In this document: piece by piece, positions 16,771-25,927 of the stretch
How positions within the stretch are numbered: position 1 is the stretch's first letter
Layout: every line of letters starts with the position of its first letter
Assembly (NCBI GenBank): GCA_040830725.1
Contig: JBFOMG010000004.1
Span: 7,567-71,566, forward strand
Length of the DNA stretch: 64,000 bases
Direction of reading: 5' to 3'
DNA from: Rhizobiaceae bacterium
GTDB lineage: Bacteria > Pseudomonadota > Alphaproteobacteria > Rhizobiales > Rhizobiaceae
The notes under the pieces: generated by a model
The model's database searches: none
Told to the model about the DNA's origin: nothing
The model's input: only the letters and a program-made list of their open reading frames with translations
Program-made: the position numbers and the translations under genes

Positions 16771-19700
16771 TCACCCCGCCGCAGCCAACAGGCTGGCATT
16801 GCCACCTGCGGCGGTCGTGTCGACGCAGACTGCCCGTTCATGGGCATGGGCAACTGCATCCAGCGGTTCACTGATCATCCGGACGATCGGCCCGTCACGG
16901 CCTGCCAATAATTTGCGGATATCGCGGGTCATGGCAGGCGATCCACAGAAAGCCACCGCGTCGACAGCCAGTGTGGATATCTCCTCCAACTTCGGCGACC
17001 CATCCACGACGATCAGCGGCAGGCTTTTGACTTTCGACAGCACCGCAAGGGACTGCCTGGCACCCTCAGACACGGCGATGACCGAGTTTCCCGCTGCCAG
17101 CGCCAGGACCGTTTGATTGAGCAGTGCGTCCGGATCGGGCCCGAGACAAAGAACGTTGCCGCGCGGATGCAATGCGAGCGAATTGGCCTCTCCGGTCGGT
17201 CCGGGCAAATCAACAGGGCCGAAATCGAGCGATGCAGCGGCGGCGACAGCGCTGGCAGCGCGACCCCGCAGCGCTTTTCGCAGAATTGCAATTCTGTCCT
17301 GGCGAAGCTGCCATTCACCGGCTTCAGCAAAGGCTTTCGGCAGATCAGTCTTACCAGTTTTTACCTCCGGTTCTCCGGTCACCCCAGCGTCAACTGACTT
17401 CCTGAACCTGCGCAGATAATGCGGGCCGCCGGCCTTTGGGCCTGTGCCTGACAGTCCCTCTCCGCCAAATGGTTGGGAGCCAACGATAGCGCCGATCTGG
17501 TTGCGATTGACGTAGACATTGCCGGCGTGGACCTGATCGATAACGTCTTGAACGCGGCCCTCAATGCGAGTGTGCAGCCCAAAAGTCAGACCATATCCGC
17601 GGGCGTTGACATCATCGATGACTTTGCCGATTTGCTCAGCTTCGAACGTCGCCACATGAAGCACTGGTCCGAATATCTCTCGGTCCATATCACCAATGCC
17701 GTTCACCTTGATGATATGTGGTGCAACGAATAGACCCTCTTCAGGCACCTCCAGTCTGGCGATCACCCTGCCCTCCTGTTCCGCCGCTTGGCAGTAATCA
17801 AGGATGGATTGCCGGGCTTCCTGGTCGATCACCGGCCCGACATCGCTGGACAGCTGCCAAGGGTCGCCAACCGATAGCGCGTTCATCGCACCGGTAAGCA
17901 TTTCGAGCACTTTTGGCGCCACATCGTGTTGCACATACAGGATGCGAAGGGCTGAACATCGCTGGCCGGCACTTTGAAACGAAGACGCAACAATATCTCG
18001 CACCGCCTGCTCGGGAAGCGCGGTTGAATCGACGATCATCGCGTTCAGTCCGCCGGTTTCGGCGATCAGCATCGCGTCAGGTGGGGCAGAATTTGCCAGT
18101 TGAGCTTCGATAAGCTTGGCGACTTCCGTGGAGCCGGTGAAACAGACGCCGGCAATGCGCGGATCAGCAACCAGCGGCCCACCGACTGACGGTCCATCGC
18201 CCGGCAACAGTTGAATGACGTGTTCGGGGATGCCGGCTTCAAGCATCAACCCGACCGCGCGGGCTGCAATCAGCGGCGTCTGCTCGGCAGGTTTTGCAAT
18301 CACTGCATTTCCGGTTACCAGCGCTGCTGCGATCTGGCCGGTAAAGATCGCCAGCGGAAAATTCCACGGCGAAATACAGACGATCACTCCGCGGGCGATT
18401 GTATCGCGCTCGGCTTTCAGAGCTTCATTGGCATAGTACCGCAGGAAATCGACCGCCTCGCGCACCTCCGCAATACCGTCTGCGAGTGTTTTCCCTGCCT
18501 CCCGGGCGGTGAGCGCGAAGAACTCGGCGGCGTTTTCCTCATAATGATCGGCAATGCGCCTGAGGATTTCGGCACGATCGCTCACCGGTCTGGCAGACCA
18601 GTCAGGTTGAGCGGCGACGGCCCTGCCGATCGCTTCTGTGGCAATCCCGGCATTGGCTTCGGTAACTTCACCGACAGTCTCGACAGGACGCGCAGGATTG
18701 GCAACATCGCGCGCCTTGCCGCCTTCAACCTGCGGGATCGGCCCTGACTTCCAGCAATGAGGCTGTTCAAACAGCTTGCGGTTGTTTTCGATTACCGACA
18801 CAGCGTTGCGGTCGAAAATATCCCAACCGCGCGAATTTACCCGTTCCGGACCGAAGATGCGCGAAGGATGCTGAATAACCGGATTGACCGCGCTCTGCCC
18901 TTCTGCCAGCGCAACCGGATCGCTTGCTATCTCCTCTGCACTGACTGCCTCATCGACGATCTGGTGTACGAAAGAAGAGTTAGCGCCGTTTTCCAACAAA
19001 CGCCGCACAAGATAGGCCAGCAGGTCCTCATGCGCCCCTACCGGTGCATAGATCCGGCAGCGCGTGCCTTCAGCTTTTCTGATTTCCTCGTGCAGCGCAT
19101 CGCCCATGCCGTGAAGGCGCTGAAACTCGTATAGCGTCCGGTCTTCCGCCATTTCCAGGATTGCCGCAGCAGTGTGTGCGTTGTGGGTGGCAAATTGCGG
19201 ATAGATGCGATCGGTCAAACCGAGCAGTTTTCGCGCACAGGCAAGATAGGAAATGTCGGTGTTGCATTTGCGGGTGAAGACCGGAAAGCCCTCAAGTCCA
19301 AGCACTTGCGCCCGCTTGATCTCGGTATCCCAATAGGCGCCCTTGACCAATCGCACCATCACCTTGCGGTCAAGGCGCTCCGCCAAATTGTGCAACCAGT
19401 CAATGACGAAGGGTGCACGCGGTCCATAGGCCTGAACAACGACACCGAAGCCTTCCCAACCTGCCAGCGATTTATCCCCCAGCACCGTTTCGATGACGTC
19501 CAGCGACAGATCGAGCCGGTCGGCCTCCTCCGCGTCGATATTCAAGCCCATGCGTGCGTCGCGAGCCTCCTGGCAGAGATCCAGAAGCCGCGCCGACAGT
19601 TCCGGAAGCATGCGTTCGCGCTGCGGCTCTTCATAACGCGGATGCAGCGCCGACAATTTGACCGATATGCCCGGATTGGTGCGGATGTCGTCGCGGTTGG

Positions 19701-20499
19701 ATTCCCGCTTCAATGCCCTGATTGCCTGTCGGTAGGCCTCGAAATAGCGGTCAGCATCGGAATGGGTGCGTGCCGCTTCACCGAGCATGTCGTAGGAATA
19801 GAGATATCCTTTCGCGGTCATGGGTTTGCCGCGCGAGACCGCCTCCTTGATCGTCTGACCAAGAACGAACTGATCGCCCATTTCGCGCATGGCGGTGCCG
19901 ACCGCCGTACGGATCACCGGCTCGCCCAGCCGTCTGATCATGCCAAACAATGTGGCTTCGATCGGCCCTTCGCCCTGCTCCAACACGCGTCCGGTCAGCA
20001 TAAGCGCCCAGGTCGAGGCGTTGACGAACATGGAGGCGGATTCGCCTGAATGCGAAGACCAGTCATGCGGCACGATCTTGTCAGCAATCAATTCATCGAT
20101 GGTCTCGGCGTCGGGCACCCGCAGCAGTGCTTCGGCCAGACACATCAAGGCAACGCCTTCATTGGTCGACAAGCCGTATTCAGCCAGGAACGCTTCCATG
20201 AGTTTCGGTTCACTGGAGGCGCGCACCGCCCGTACCAGATCGGCGCCACGCCCGGAAATACGTGCGCGTGTATTCGCATCCAGTGCAGCGAGTTTCGACA
20301 GGCGTGTTACGGCTGCCGCTTCATCGGCATATATATTTTCGCGAATGGCGCCGCGAAGCGCTTCAAGAGACTTTGCCACTTCAACCCCCTGAAAGTCGGC
20401 GTGCGAGTTTGCCTTGTTGGCGGTCGAGAACGATTTTACCAAACTTGAGAAAACCGATTTGACCAAAGATTGGCCAGTGTTAGTCTGTTTGATGCTCAA
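16771..20499 (-). CDS. putA: bifunctional proline dehydrogenase / L-glutamate gamma-semialdehyde dehydrogenase
   Basis: 1242 aa, with PRODH barrel and ALDH domains (FTGSTEVAK, ETGGLNAMIVD, QRCSALR). The TTG start given by the track is uncertain. Confidence 0.95.
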   Translation of the reverse strand: MSIKQTNTGQSLVKSVFSSLVKSFSTANKANSHADFQGVEVAKSLEALRGAIRENIYADEAAAVTRLSKLAALDANTRARISGRGADLVRAVRASSEPKLMEAFLAEYGLSTNEGVALMCLAEALLRVPDAETIDELIADKIVPHDWSSHSGESASMFVNASTWALMLTGRVLEQGEGPIEATLFGMIRRLGEPVIRTAVGTAMREMGDQFVLGQTIKEAVSRGKPMTAKGYLYSYDMLGEAARTHSDADRYFEAYRQAIRALKRESNRDDIRTNPGISVKLSALHPRYEEPQRERMLPELSARLLDLCQEARDARMGLNIDAEEADRLDLSLDVIETVLGDKSLAGWEGFGVVVQAYGPRAPFVIDWLHNLAERLDRKVMVRLVKGAYWDTEIKRAQVLGLEGFPVFTRKCNTDISYLACARKLLGLTDRIYPQFATHNAHTAAAILEMAEDRTLYEFQRLHGMGDALHEEIRKAEGTRCRIYAPVGAHEDLLAYLVRRLLENGANSSFVHQIVDEAVSAEEIASDPVALAEGQSAVNPVIQHPSRIFGPERVNSRGWDIFDRNAVSVIENNRKLFEQPHCWKSGPIPQVEGGKARDVANPARPVETVGEVTEANAGIATEAIGRAVAAQPDWSARPVSDRAEILRRIADHYEENAAEFFALTAREAGKTLADGIAEVREAVDFLRYYANEALKAERDTIARGVIVCISPWNFPLAIFTGQIAAALVTGNAVIAKPAEQTPLIAARAVGLMLEAGIPEHVIQLLPGDGPSVGGPLVADPRIAGVCFTGSTEVAKLIEAQLANSAPPDAMLIAETGGLNAMIVDSTALPEQAVRDIVASSFQSAGQRCSALRILYVQHDVAPKVLEMLTGAMNALSVGDPWQLSSDVGPVIDQEARQSILDYCQAAEQEGRVIARLEVPEEGLFVAPHIIKVNGIGDMDREIFGPVLHVATFEAEQIGKVIDDVNARGYGLTFGLHTRIEGRVQDVIDQVHAGNVYVNRNQIGAIVGSQPFGGEGLSGTGPKAGGPHYLRRFRKSVDAGVTGEPEVKTGKTDLPKAFAEAGEWQLRQDRIAILRKALRGRAASAVAAAASLDFGPVDLPGPTGEANSLALHPRGNVLCLGPDPDALLNQTVLALAAGNSVIAVSEGARQSLAVLSKVKSLPLIVVDGSPKLEEISTLAVDAVAFCGSPAMTRDIRKLLAGRDGPIVRMISEPLDAVAHAHERAVCVDTTAAGGNASLLAAAG

Positions 20500-20511
20500 A
20501 ATTCAAATACA

Positions 20512-20988
20512 ATGCCGAAATGGGCTGCAGAAATGATGAATGCCGAACATTTGGACCGCATGGATCAGAAAATCGTCGCTGCACTTGCAGCCGACGGCCG
20601 TCAATCCATGGCGCAGCTTGCCGTCAATGTGGGACTGTCGAAGACACCGGTACAGGCTCGCGTCAGGCGTTTGGAGAAGGACGGATATATTCGCGGCTAT
20701 ACCGCTATCATTGATCGCGAACGCATGGGCGAAGGCCACATCGCCTTCGTTCAGGTGACCTTGTCGGATACCCGTTCATTGGCACTTGATGCCTTCAACA
20801 AGGCAATTCTCGCGGTTCCCGAAATCGAACAGTGCCATATGATCGCTGGCGGATTCGACTATCTGCTCAAAGTCCGCACCAGAGACATCGCCTCCTACAG
20901 ACGCGTTCTTGGAGAACGCATCTCCGCCCTGCCCCATGTGGCGCAGACTTCGACCTTCGTGGCGATGGAGACGGTCAAAGACCGGTAG
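20512..20988 (+). CDS. putR: Lrp/AsnC-family regulator, divergent from putA (PutR-type)
   Basis: LDRMDQKIVAALAADGRQSMAQLAVNVGLSKTPVQARVRRLEKDGYI helix-turn-helix plus RAM domain. The start could be 20512, 20533 or 20536. Confidence 0.85.
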   Translation: MPKWAAEMMNAEHLDRMDQKIVAALAADGRQSMAQLAVNVGLSKTPVQARVRRLEKDGYIRGYTAIIDRERMGEGHIAFVQVTLSDTRSLALDAFNKAILAVPEIEQCHMIAGGFDYLLKVRTRDIASYRRVLGERISALPHVAQTSTFVAMETVKDR

Positions 20989-21994
20989 GCAGTTTAAACC
21001 GATATTCCGTCACCTGATGATACGTCTCACCCGGGCGCAGGATACAGTTTGGGAAATATGGCCGGTTCGGGCCGTCCGGCCAGGTTTGCGCTTCCAGGCA
21101 AAAACCTGAATGCGCCTTGTAGGCCCTGCCCTCCAGCCCGCCATCCATTTCGGCAATGCCACCGCCAGCATAAAACTGAACCCCAGGCTCGGTCGTCCAG
21201 ACCTCCATCTCGACGCCTGATGCATTGCCCTGGGCCCAGACGGCACGCCGCAAAGCACCACGCTGCGCCGACAGGCAAAAATTATGATCGTATAGCTGCT
21301 GCTCACCGCCGGAATCATAGCGGATCGGACGGGCCAAGCGGAAATCAAAGTCCGTTCCTTCCACCGGCTTTACTACGCCGGTAGGGATCAATTCATCGTC
21401 GACCGGGAGATAAGCGGCGGCTGCGATTTGCAGCCGGTGATCAAGCACATCACTTTGCCCGCCGTCATTGAGGTTGAAATAGGAATGATGGGCAAGATTG
21501 CATGGCGTCGGGGCGTCAGTCGTCGCTTCGAATTCGACCACCAACCGCCCGGGCGGCAGCAGGCGATAGGTGCAGGAAATCTCGAGATTCCCTGGAAATC
21601 CCATCTCGCCCGCAGCATCAATCACGGTCAGTGTGACAAAATCTTCGCCGGTATCCGCAATCTTCCAGTTCCGTTTGCCGGTTCCATTTGCACCGCCGTG
21701 CAGCGTGTGTTTGCCAAGGAAATTTTGATCTGCCTGAAATTCTTCTTCGTCAATCGAAAACCGGCCACTTGCAATGCGATTGGCAAAACGCCCGGCGATG
21801 GCTCCAAAATAGGGGGATTTTTCCGGATAATCCGCGAATTTCTCACATCCGAGCACCAGTGGCGGGCGATGACCTTCCAACCGAAGGTCTTGGATCACCG
21901 CACCCCAGCTAATGATGTTCGCAGAAAGGCCTCCGCCGGAAATGCCCTTCCGGTGAACGTCAGCACCGTCATCAGTGTTTCCGAATACCTCCAC
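20975..21994 (-). CDS. aldose 1-epimerase (galactose mutarotase family)
   Basis: 339 aa. GRFANRIA, HTLHGG, NLAHHSYFNL and FCLEAQ motifs. GTG start. Confidence 0.85.
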   Translation of the reverse strand: MEVFGNTDDGADVHRKGISGGGLSANIISWGAVIQDLRLEGHRPPLVLGCEKFADYPEKSPYFGAIAGRFANRIASGRFSIDEEEFQADQNFLGKHTLHGGANGTGKRNWKIADTGEDFVTLTVIDAAGEMGFPGNLEISCTYRLLPPGRLVVEFEATTDAPTPCNLAHHSYFNLNDGGQSDVLDHRLQIAAAAYLPVDDELIPTGVVKPVEGTDFDFRLARPIRYDSGGEQQLYDHNFCLSAQRGALRRAVWAQGNASGVEMEVWTTEPGVQFYAGGGIAEMDGGLEGRAYKAHSGFCLEAQTWPDGPNRPYFPNCILRPGETYHQVTEYRFKLPTGL

Positions 21995-22005
21995 CGGCGG
22001 TCCCG

Positions 22006-23463
22006 TTACAGTCCGAGGCCGCCTATGCAGACATATTTGGAATCGAGATAGTCTTCGATGCCCTGGTGTCCACCTTCCTTGCCCAGGCCGGATTCCTTCA
22101 GGCCGCCAAACGGCGCTTCGACAGTCGTAATCAGACCTTCGTTGACGCCGATCAGTCCATATTTGACGCCATCTGAAACGCGGAAAGCCCGTCCGAGGTC
22201 GCCGGTGTAGAAGTAACAGGCCAGACCATATTCGGTGTCGTTGGCCATGGCGATCGCTTCTTCTTCGGTCTCGAACTTGTAGACCGGCGATATCGGTCCG
22301 AAAATCTCTTCCTTCGTAAAACGCATGTCGGAAGAGGCATCGGCGATCACCGTCGGCTGGAAAAAGGTTCCGCCAAGTTCGTGGCGCTCACCGCCCGCAA
22401 CGACGCGTCCACCCTTGGCCTTGGCGTCCGCAATCATGCCTTCAACGGTGTCGACCGCTCCGCCGTCAATCAGCGGTCCTTGTTTTGTGCCGTCTTCAAG
22501 ACCGGGTCCGACCTTCAGGTCATTGGTGGCAGCGATCAGCTTGTCGAGGAACTCGTCATAGACGCCAGCCTGAACCAGAAAGCGGTTGGTGCAGACACAG
22601 GTCTGACCGGAATTGCGGTATTTGGCGATAATCGCACCCTCCACCGCCCGGTCAACGTCTGCGTCGTCGAACACAATGAACGGCGCGTTACCGCCAAGTT
22701 CCATCGAGACCTTTTTCACTGTTCCAGCCGCGCGCTGCATGATGACCTTGCCAACCTCGGTCGAACCGGTGAATGTGATTTTGCGCACCAGCGGGTTGTC
22801 ACATATTTCATTGCCGATCGCCGACGCCGCACCGGTGACAATGTTGACGACTCCGGCGGGAATGCCGACTTCCTCGCAGAGCACACCCCATGCGAGCCCC
22901 GAGTAAGGCGTGGCAGTCGCCGGTTTGACCACCGCGGTACAGCCTGCCGCCAGCGCTGGTCCGATCTTGCGTGCCAGCATGGATGAAGGGAAATTCCACG
23001 GCGTAATCGCTGCAATAACCCCGACCGGCTCTTTGGTGACCATGATTTTGCGATCAGCCCAGGGCGCCGGTACGAGATCGCCGTAGACCCTGCGGCCTTC
23101 CTCGGCAAACCAGAGCACATAAGCCGCCGACATGCCGATCTCGCCCTTGGCTTCGGAGAGCGGTTTGCCTTGTTCCAGCACAAGCAATTCGGCGAGCACA
23201 TCCTGGTTGTCCATGATTGCATCGTGCAGTTTGCGCAGAAGCTGTGAACGATGAAGCGCTGAGGTCTTTTGCCATTCCAGGAAAGCGTCTTGCGCAGCTG
23301 ATATGGCGCGGGCCGTCTCGGCTGCTCCCGACTTCGGCACCGTGCCCAGCTTCAGGCCGGTGGCCGGGTTGGTGACATCGATCGTTTCACCTGAATCTGC
23401 GCCAACCCATTGCCCGCCGATGAGGTTGGCTTCACGCATGAAATGGCTTGTTTTCTGCAACAT
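22006..23463 (-). CDS. gabD: NAD(P)-dependent succinate-semialdehyde dehydrogenase
   Basis: Trimmed from track ORF 22006..23571 to the ATG at 23463 (MLQKTSHFMREANLIGGQWV). ALDH motifs FTGSTEVGK, ELGGNAP and GQTCVCTNR. Confidence 0.85.
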   Translation of the reverse strand: MLQKTSHFMREANLIGGQWVGADSGETIDVTNPATGLKLGTVPKSGAAETARAISAAQDAFLEWQKTSALHRSQLLRKLHDAIMDNQDVLAELLVLEQGKPLSEAKGEIGMSAAYVLWFAEEGRRVYGDLVPAPWADRKIMVTKEPVGVIAAITPWNFPSSMLARKIGPALAAGCTAVVKPATATPYSGLAWGVLCEEVGIPAGVVNIVTGAASAIGNEICDNPLVRKITFTGSTEVGKVIMQRAAGTVKKVSMELGGNAPFIVFDDADVDRAVEGAIIAKYRNSGQTCVCTNRFLVQAGVYDEFLDKLIAATNDLKVGPGLEDGTKQGPLIDGGAVDTVEGMIADAKAKGGRVVAGGERHELGGTFFQPTVIADASSDMRFTKEEIFGPISPVYKFETEEEAIAMANDTEYGLACYFYTGDLGRAFRVSDGVKYGLIGVNEGLITTVEAPFGGLKESGLGKEGGHQGIEDYLDSKYVCIGGLGL

Positions 23464-23685
23464 TGAGAATTCTCCCTGCGCAACGGAAGCGCTGATTTTC
23501 CGGAAAAGAAGACAGGCGACACCTGACCGTTCACACGGTTTCGAGTAGCACCTTGAACATCTGCGCGGCAAGGCCCGAATTCAGCCGCAGAGGTGCCATC
23601 AATCAAATTCGGTGTAATTCTTCTATCTTATGTCTTACAAGAAGCAGTAACGGACCTGCCGAGAGCAGCCTTTGGACAAGATCAC

Positions 23686-24420
23686 ATGCCTGAAGTTGGT
23701 GCAAAACCGGCGTTTGCCTACAAACCGCTCTACATGCAGGTCAAGGAGAGCCTGATCGGCTACCTGGTCGATGGCACCTGGCAACCTGGTCAATTGATTC
23801 CATCGGAAATCGAATTGGCGCGGCAGACCGGCGTCAGTCAGGGGACCGTTCGCAAAGCCCTGGACGCCATGACTGCCGAGCATTTGCTTGTTCGTCACCA
23901 GGGCCGGGGTACTTATGTTGCGGTGCCCGAAGAGAGCCAGATTCTGTTCCGGTACTATCGGTTGCGACCCGATCACGGAGAACACGGATTTCCAAACTCC
24001 AAGGTGCTCAGGCGCGAGCAGAAACCAGCGACAGAACATGAGCAGAAGGCGCTGCATCTTGCGGACAATGGCGAGGTGTTCCGAATTTCCCGTTCGCGGT
24101 TGATTGACGGTGTTCCGCTGATCGCAGAGGCGATTTCACTTCCATCGGCACGGTTTGACGGATTCAACGATTTGAGTGAGATTCCCAACAACGTCTATCA
24201 GCTTTATTCCGAACGCTGGGGAATTACGGTCGGCCGTGCAGCCGAAAAACTGAAAGCAGTTGCCGCCTCGGCAGCCGAAGCGCAACTGCTTGGTTGTGCT
24301 GAAGGTTCGCCATTGCTGGAAATCGCGCGGATCGCCTACGATCTCGAAGACAAGCCGGTGGAGCTCCGGATTTCCCACTGTCTGACAGATCGTATTCACT
24401 ACCAAATTGACTTGAAGTGA
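23686..24420 (+). CDS. GntR-family regulator, HutC subfamily (UTRA effector domain)
   Basis: Trimmed to the ATG at 23686. LIPSEIELARQTGVSQGTVRKALDAM winged helix-turn-helix. Divergent from gabD. Confidence 0.85.
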   Translation: MPEVGAKPAFAYKPLYMQVKESLIGYLVDGTWQPGQLIPSEIELARQTGVSQGTVRKALDAMTAEHLLVRHQGRGTYVAVPEESQILFRYYRLRPDHGEHGFPNSKVLRREQKPATEHEQKALHLADNGEVFRISRSRLIDGVPLIAEAISLPSARFDGFNDLSEIPNNVYQLYSERWGITVGRAAEKLKAVAASAAEAQLLGCAEGSPLLEIARIAYDLEDKPVELRISHCLTDRIHYQIDLK

Positions 24421-24466
24421 TTTCTGCACAACGTCTGCGACGATCGACACCACAGGTGAGACCGCA

Positions 24467-24673
24467 ATGGGAACGAACGATCAGCTACTGAAGGTCGGAA
24501 TCGCCGGATCGATTGTCACAGCGGTCTGCTGTTTTACACCGTTATTGCCATTTTTGCTCGGCGCGATCGGCATTTCCTGGTTTGTCGGATATCTGGACAT
24601 CATTTTGCTGCCACTTCTTGCCATCTTTGCGGTCATTACGTTGTTTGCATATTGGAAACGGCGGTCGGCATGA
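24467..24673 (+). CDS. merF: MerF-like two-TM metal transporter
   Basis: 68 aa. LLKVGIAGSIVTAVCCFTPLLPFLLGAIG...GYLDIILLPLLAIF closely parallels MerF (vicinal CC in TM1). It lacks the C-terminal CC pair of canonical MerF. Confidence 0.75.
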   Translation: MGTNDQLLKVGIAGSIVTAVCCFTPLLPFLLGAIGISWFVGYLDIILLPLLAIFAVITLFAYWKRRSA

Positions 24674-24873
24674 CCGAATTGAAGTCGACAATTGCTTGCC
24701 CGGAGTGCGGGAAACGTGCAACTGAAACCATGCCAACCAATGCCTGTCAGTGGTTTTACGAATGCAAGGGGTGTGGTGCGTTGCTGAAACCACTTCCCGG
24801 TGATTGTTGTGTGTACTGCTCTTATGGAACGGTCCCTTGCCCGCCCATCCAGGAGGGCAAGAACTGCTGCTGA
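24670..24873 (+). CDS. GDCCVxC-domain cysteine-rich protein
   Basis: 67 aa, 12 Cys. CPECG, CKGCG, GDCCVYC and a C-terminal NCC. ATGA overlap with the merF-like stop. Confidence 0.75.
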   Translation: MTELKSTIACPECGKRATETMPTNACQWFYECKGCGALLKPLPGDCCVYCSYGTVPCPPIQEGKNCC

Positions 24874-24883
24874 AGCGGATCGC

Positions 24884-25783
24884 TTATTGAGCGTGGGCTT
24901 TCAGAAATTCCGCAACCTCGTCGCGCGTCGGAATTCCCTCCCTGCCTCCGAATCGCGTGCATTTCAGCGAAGCCACCGCATTGGCAAACCGGACTGCCTC
25001 CAACTCATCGGAGCCTTCTCCAAGAGCCAAGGCAAAGGCTCCATGCCAAGCGTCACCAGCTCCCAGCGTATCGACAACATCCACCTGTGGGGGAAGAACA
25101 GTCTTTTCGGAATCACCGTTCAGATAGGTCACACCGTTGGGGCCGTCGGTAAAGCAAACCCACGCGCCGGTTTGAGCGGCCGCTTCCCGCAATCCGCGGA
25201 CAAGATCCTGATGACCCGAATAATCCCGTAACCCTTGCGCCGAGAATGCAATATGCGAAGCGACCTTTAATGCATCGGCCGCCTCTGCAACCGGCGCTTC
25301 GGCATCAATTACACCCGGTTTCGAATGTTCACGGGCAGCGGTCATAATGGCGAGCGCACCGGCCGGCCATCTCGTATCGGCCATTGCGGCATCAAACCCG
25401 CTCCCCAACTGTGAAGTTAGCCATTCAGCATCCGCCGGGATGTTGGGGTCGCGGAAACTGACAATCTGACGCTCCCCGGATTTGTCGATGAGGACCGATG
25501 CATAGGGCGAACGCGCTTCGGGAAAAGACTGTATGTACCGGCAATCAACACCGTCGTCGATCAGATCCGACCGGATAATCTCGCCAATCCGGTCTGCGCC
25601 AAGCCTTGATGCAAGCTGGGCTCTACCGCCAAGTCTGGCCACAGCTACTGCTGCGCTGGCCGCACACCCGCCACCGACAATCGATGAATCGCTTGCCCGG
25701 TATTTTTCTGGCTTGTTGGGCATCTCATCTACCAGAAACACGAAGTCGACAACGGCGACACCGGCCAAAAGTACAGTCGTCAT
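24884..25783 (-). CDS. PfkB-family sugar/nucleoside kinase
   Basis: Trimmed from 24884..26008 to the ATG at 25783 (MTTVLLAGVAVVDFVF). DTLGAGDAWHGAF PfkB signature. Confidence 0.85.
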   Translation of the reverse strand: MTTVLLAGVAVVDFVFLVDEMPNKPEKYRASDSSIVGGGCAASAAVAVARLGGRAQLASRLGADRIGEIIRSDLIDDGVDCRYIQSFPEARSPYASVLIDKSGERQIVSFRDPNIPADAEWLTSQLGSGFDAAMADTRWPAGALAIMTAAREHSKPGVIDAEAPVAEAADALKVASHIAFSAQGLRDYSGHQDLVRGLREAAAQTGAWVCFTDGPNGVTYLNGDSEKTVLPPQVDVVDTLGAGDAWHGAFALALGEGSDELEAVRFANAVASLKCTRFGGREGIPTRDEVAEFLKAHAQ

Positions 25784-25927
25784 GCCTGTTCCAACACTCC
25801 TGCGCGACAAATGCAATTCCACCAACCGCGGTACAGAAACCACAGGTTCAACGCAACTGGCAGGCGCGAACAATGCCCCGACCGATAAAAATTTGAAAAC
25901 TGCAGCCTTCTGTGAAAAGAAGCTGCC

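Noticed and set aside
23464-23685. GntR/HutC operator in the gabD-GntR divergent region (TGTCTTACA-like element near 23625-23650).
   Set aside because: There is only weak partial dyad symmetry, which is not distinguishable from chance by eye.
24467-24873. A mercury resistance (mer) operon.
   Set aside because: Only a MerF-like transporter and a GDCCVxC protein are present. No merR, merA, merP, merT or transposon features are seen, so it is reported as an orphan pair instead.
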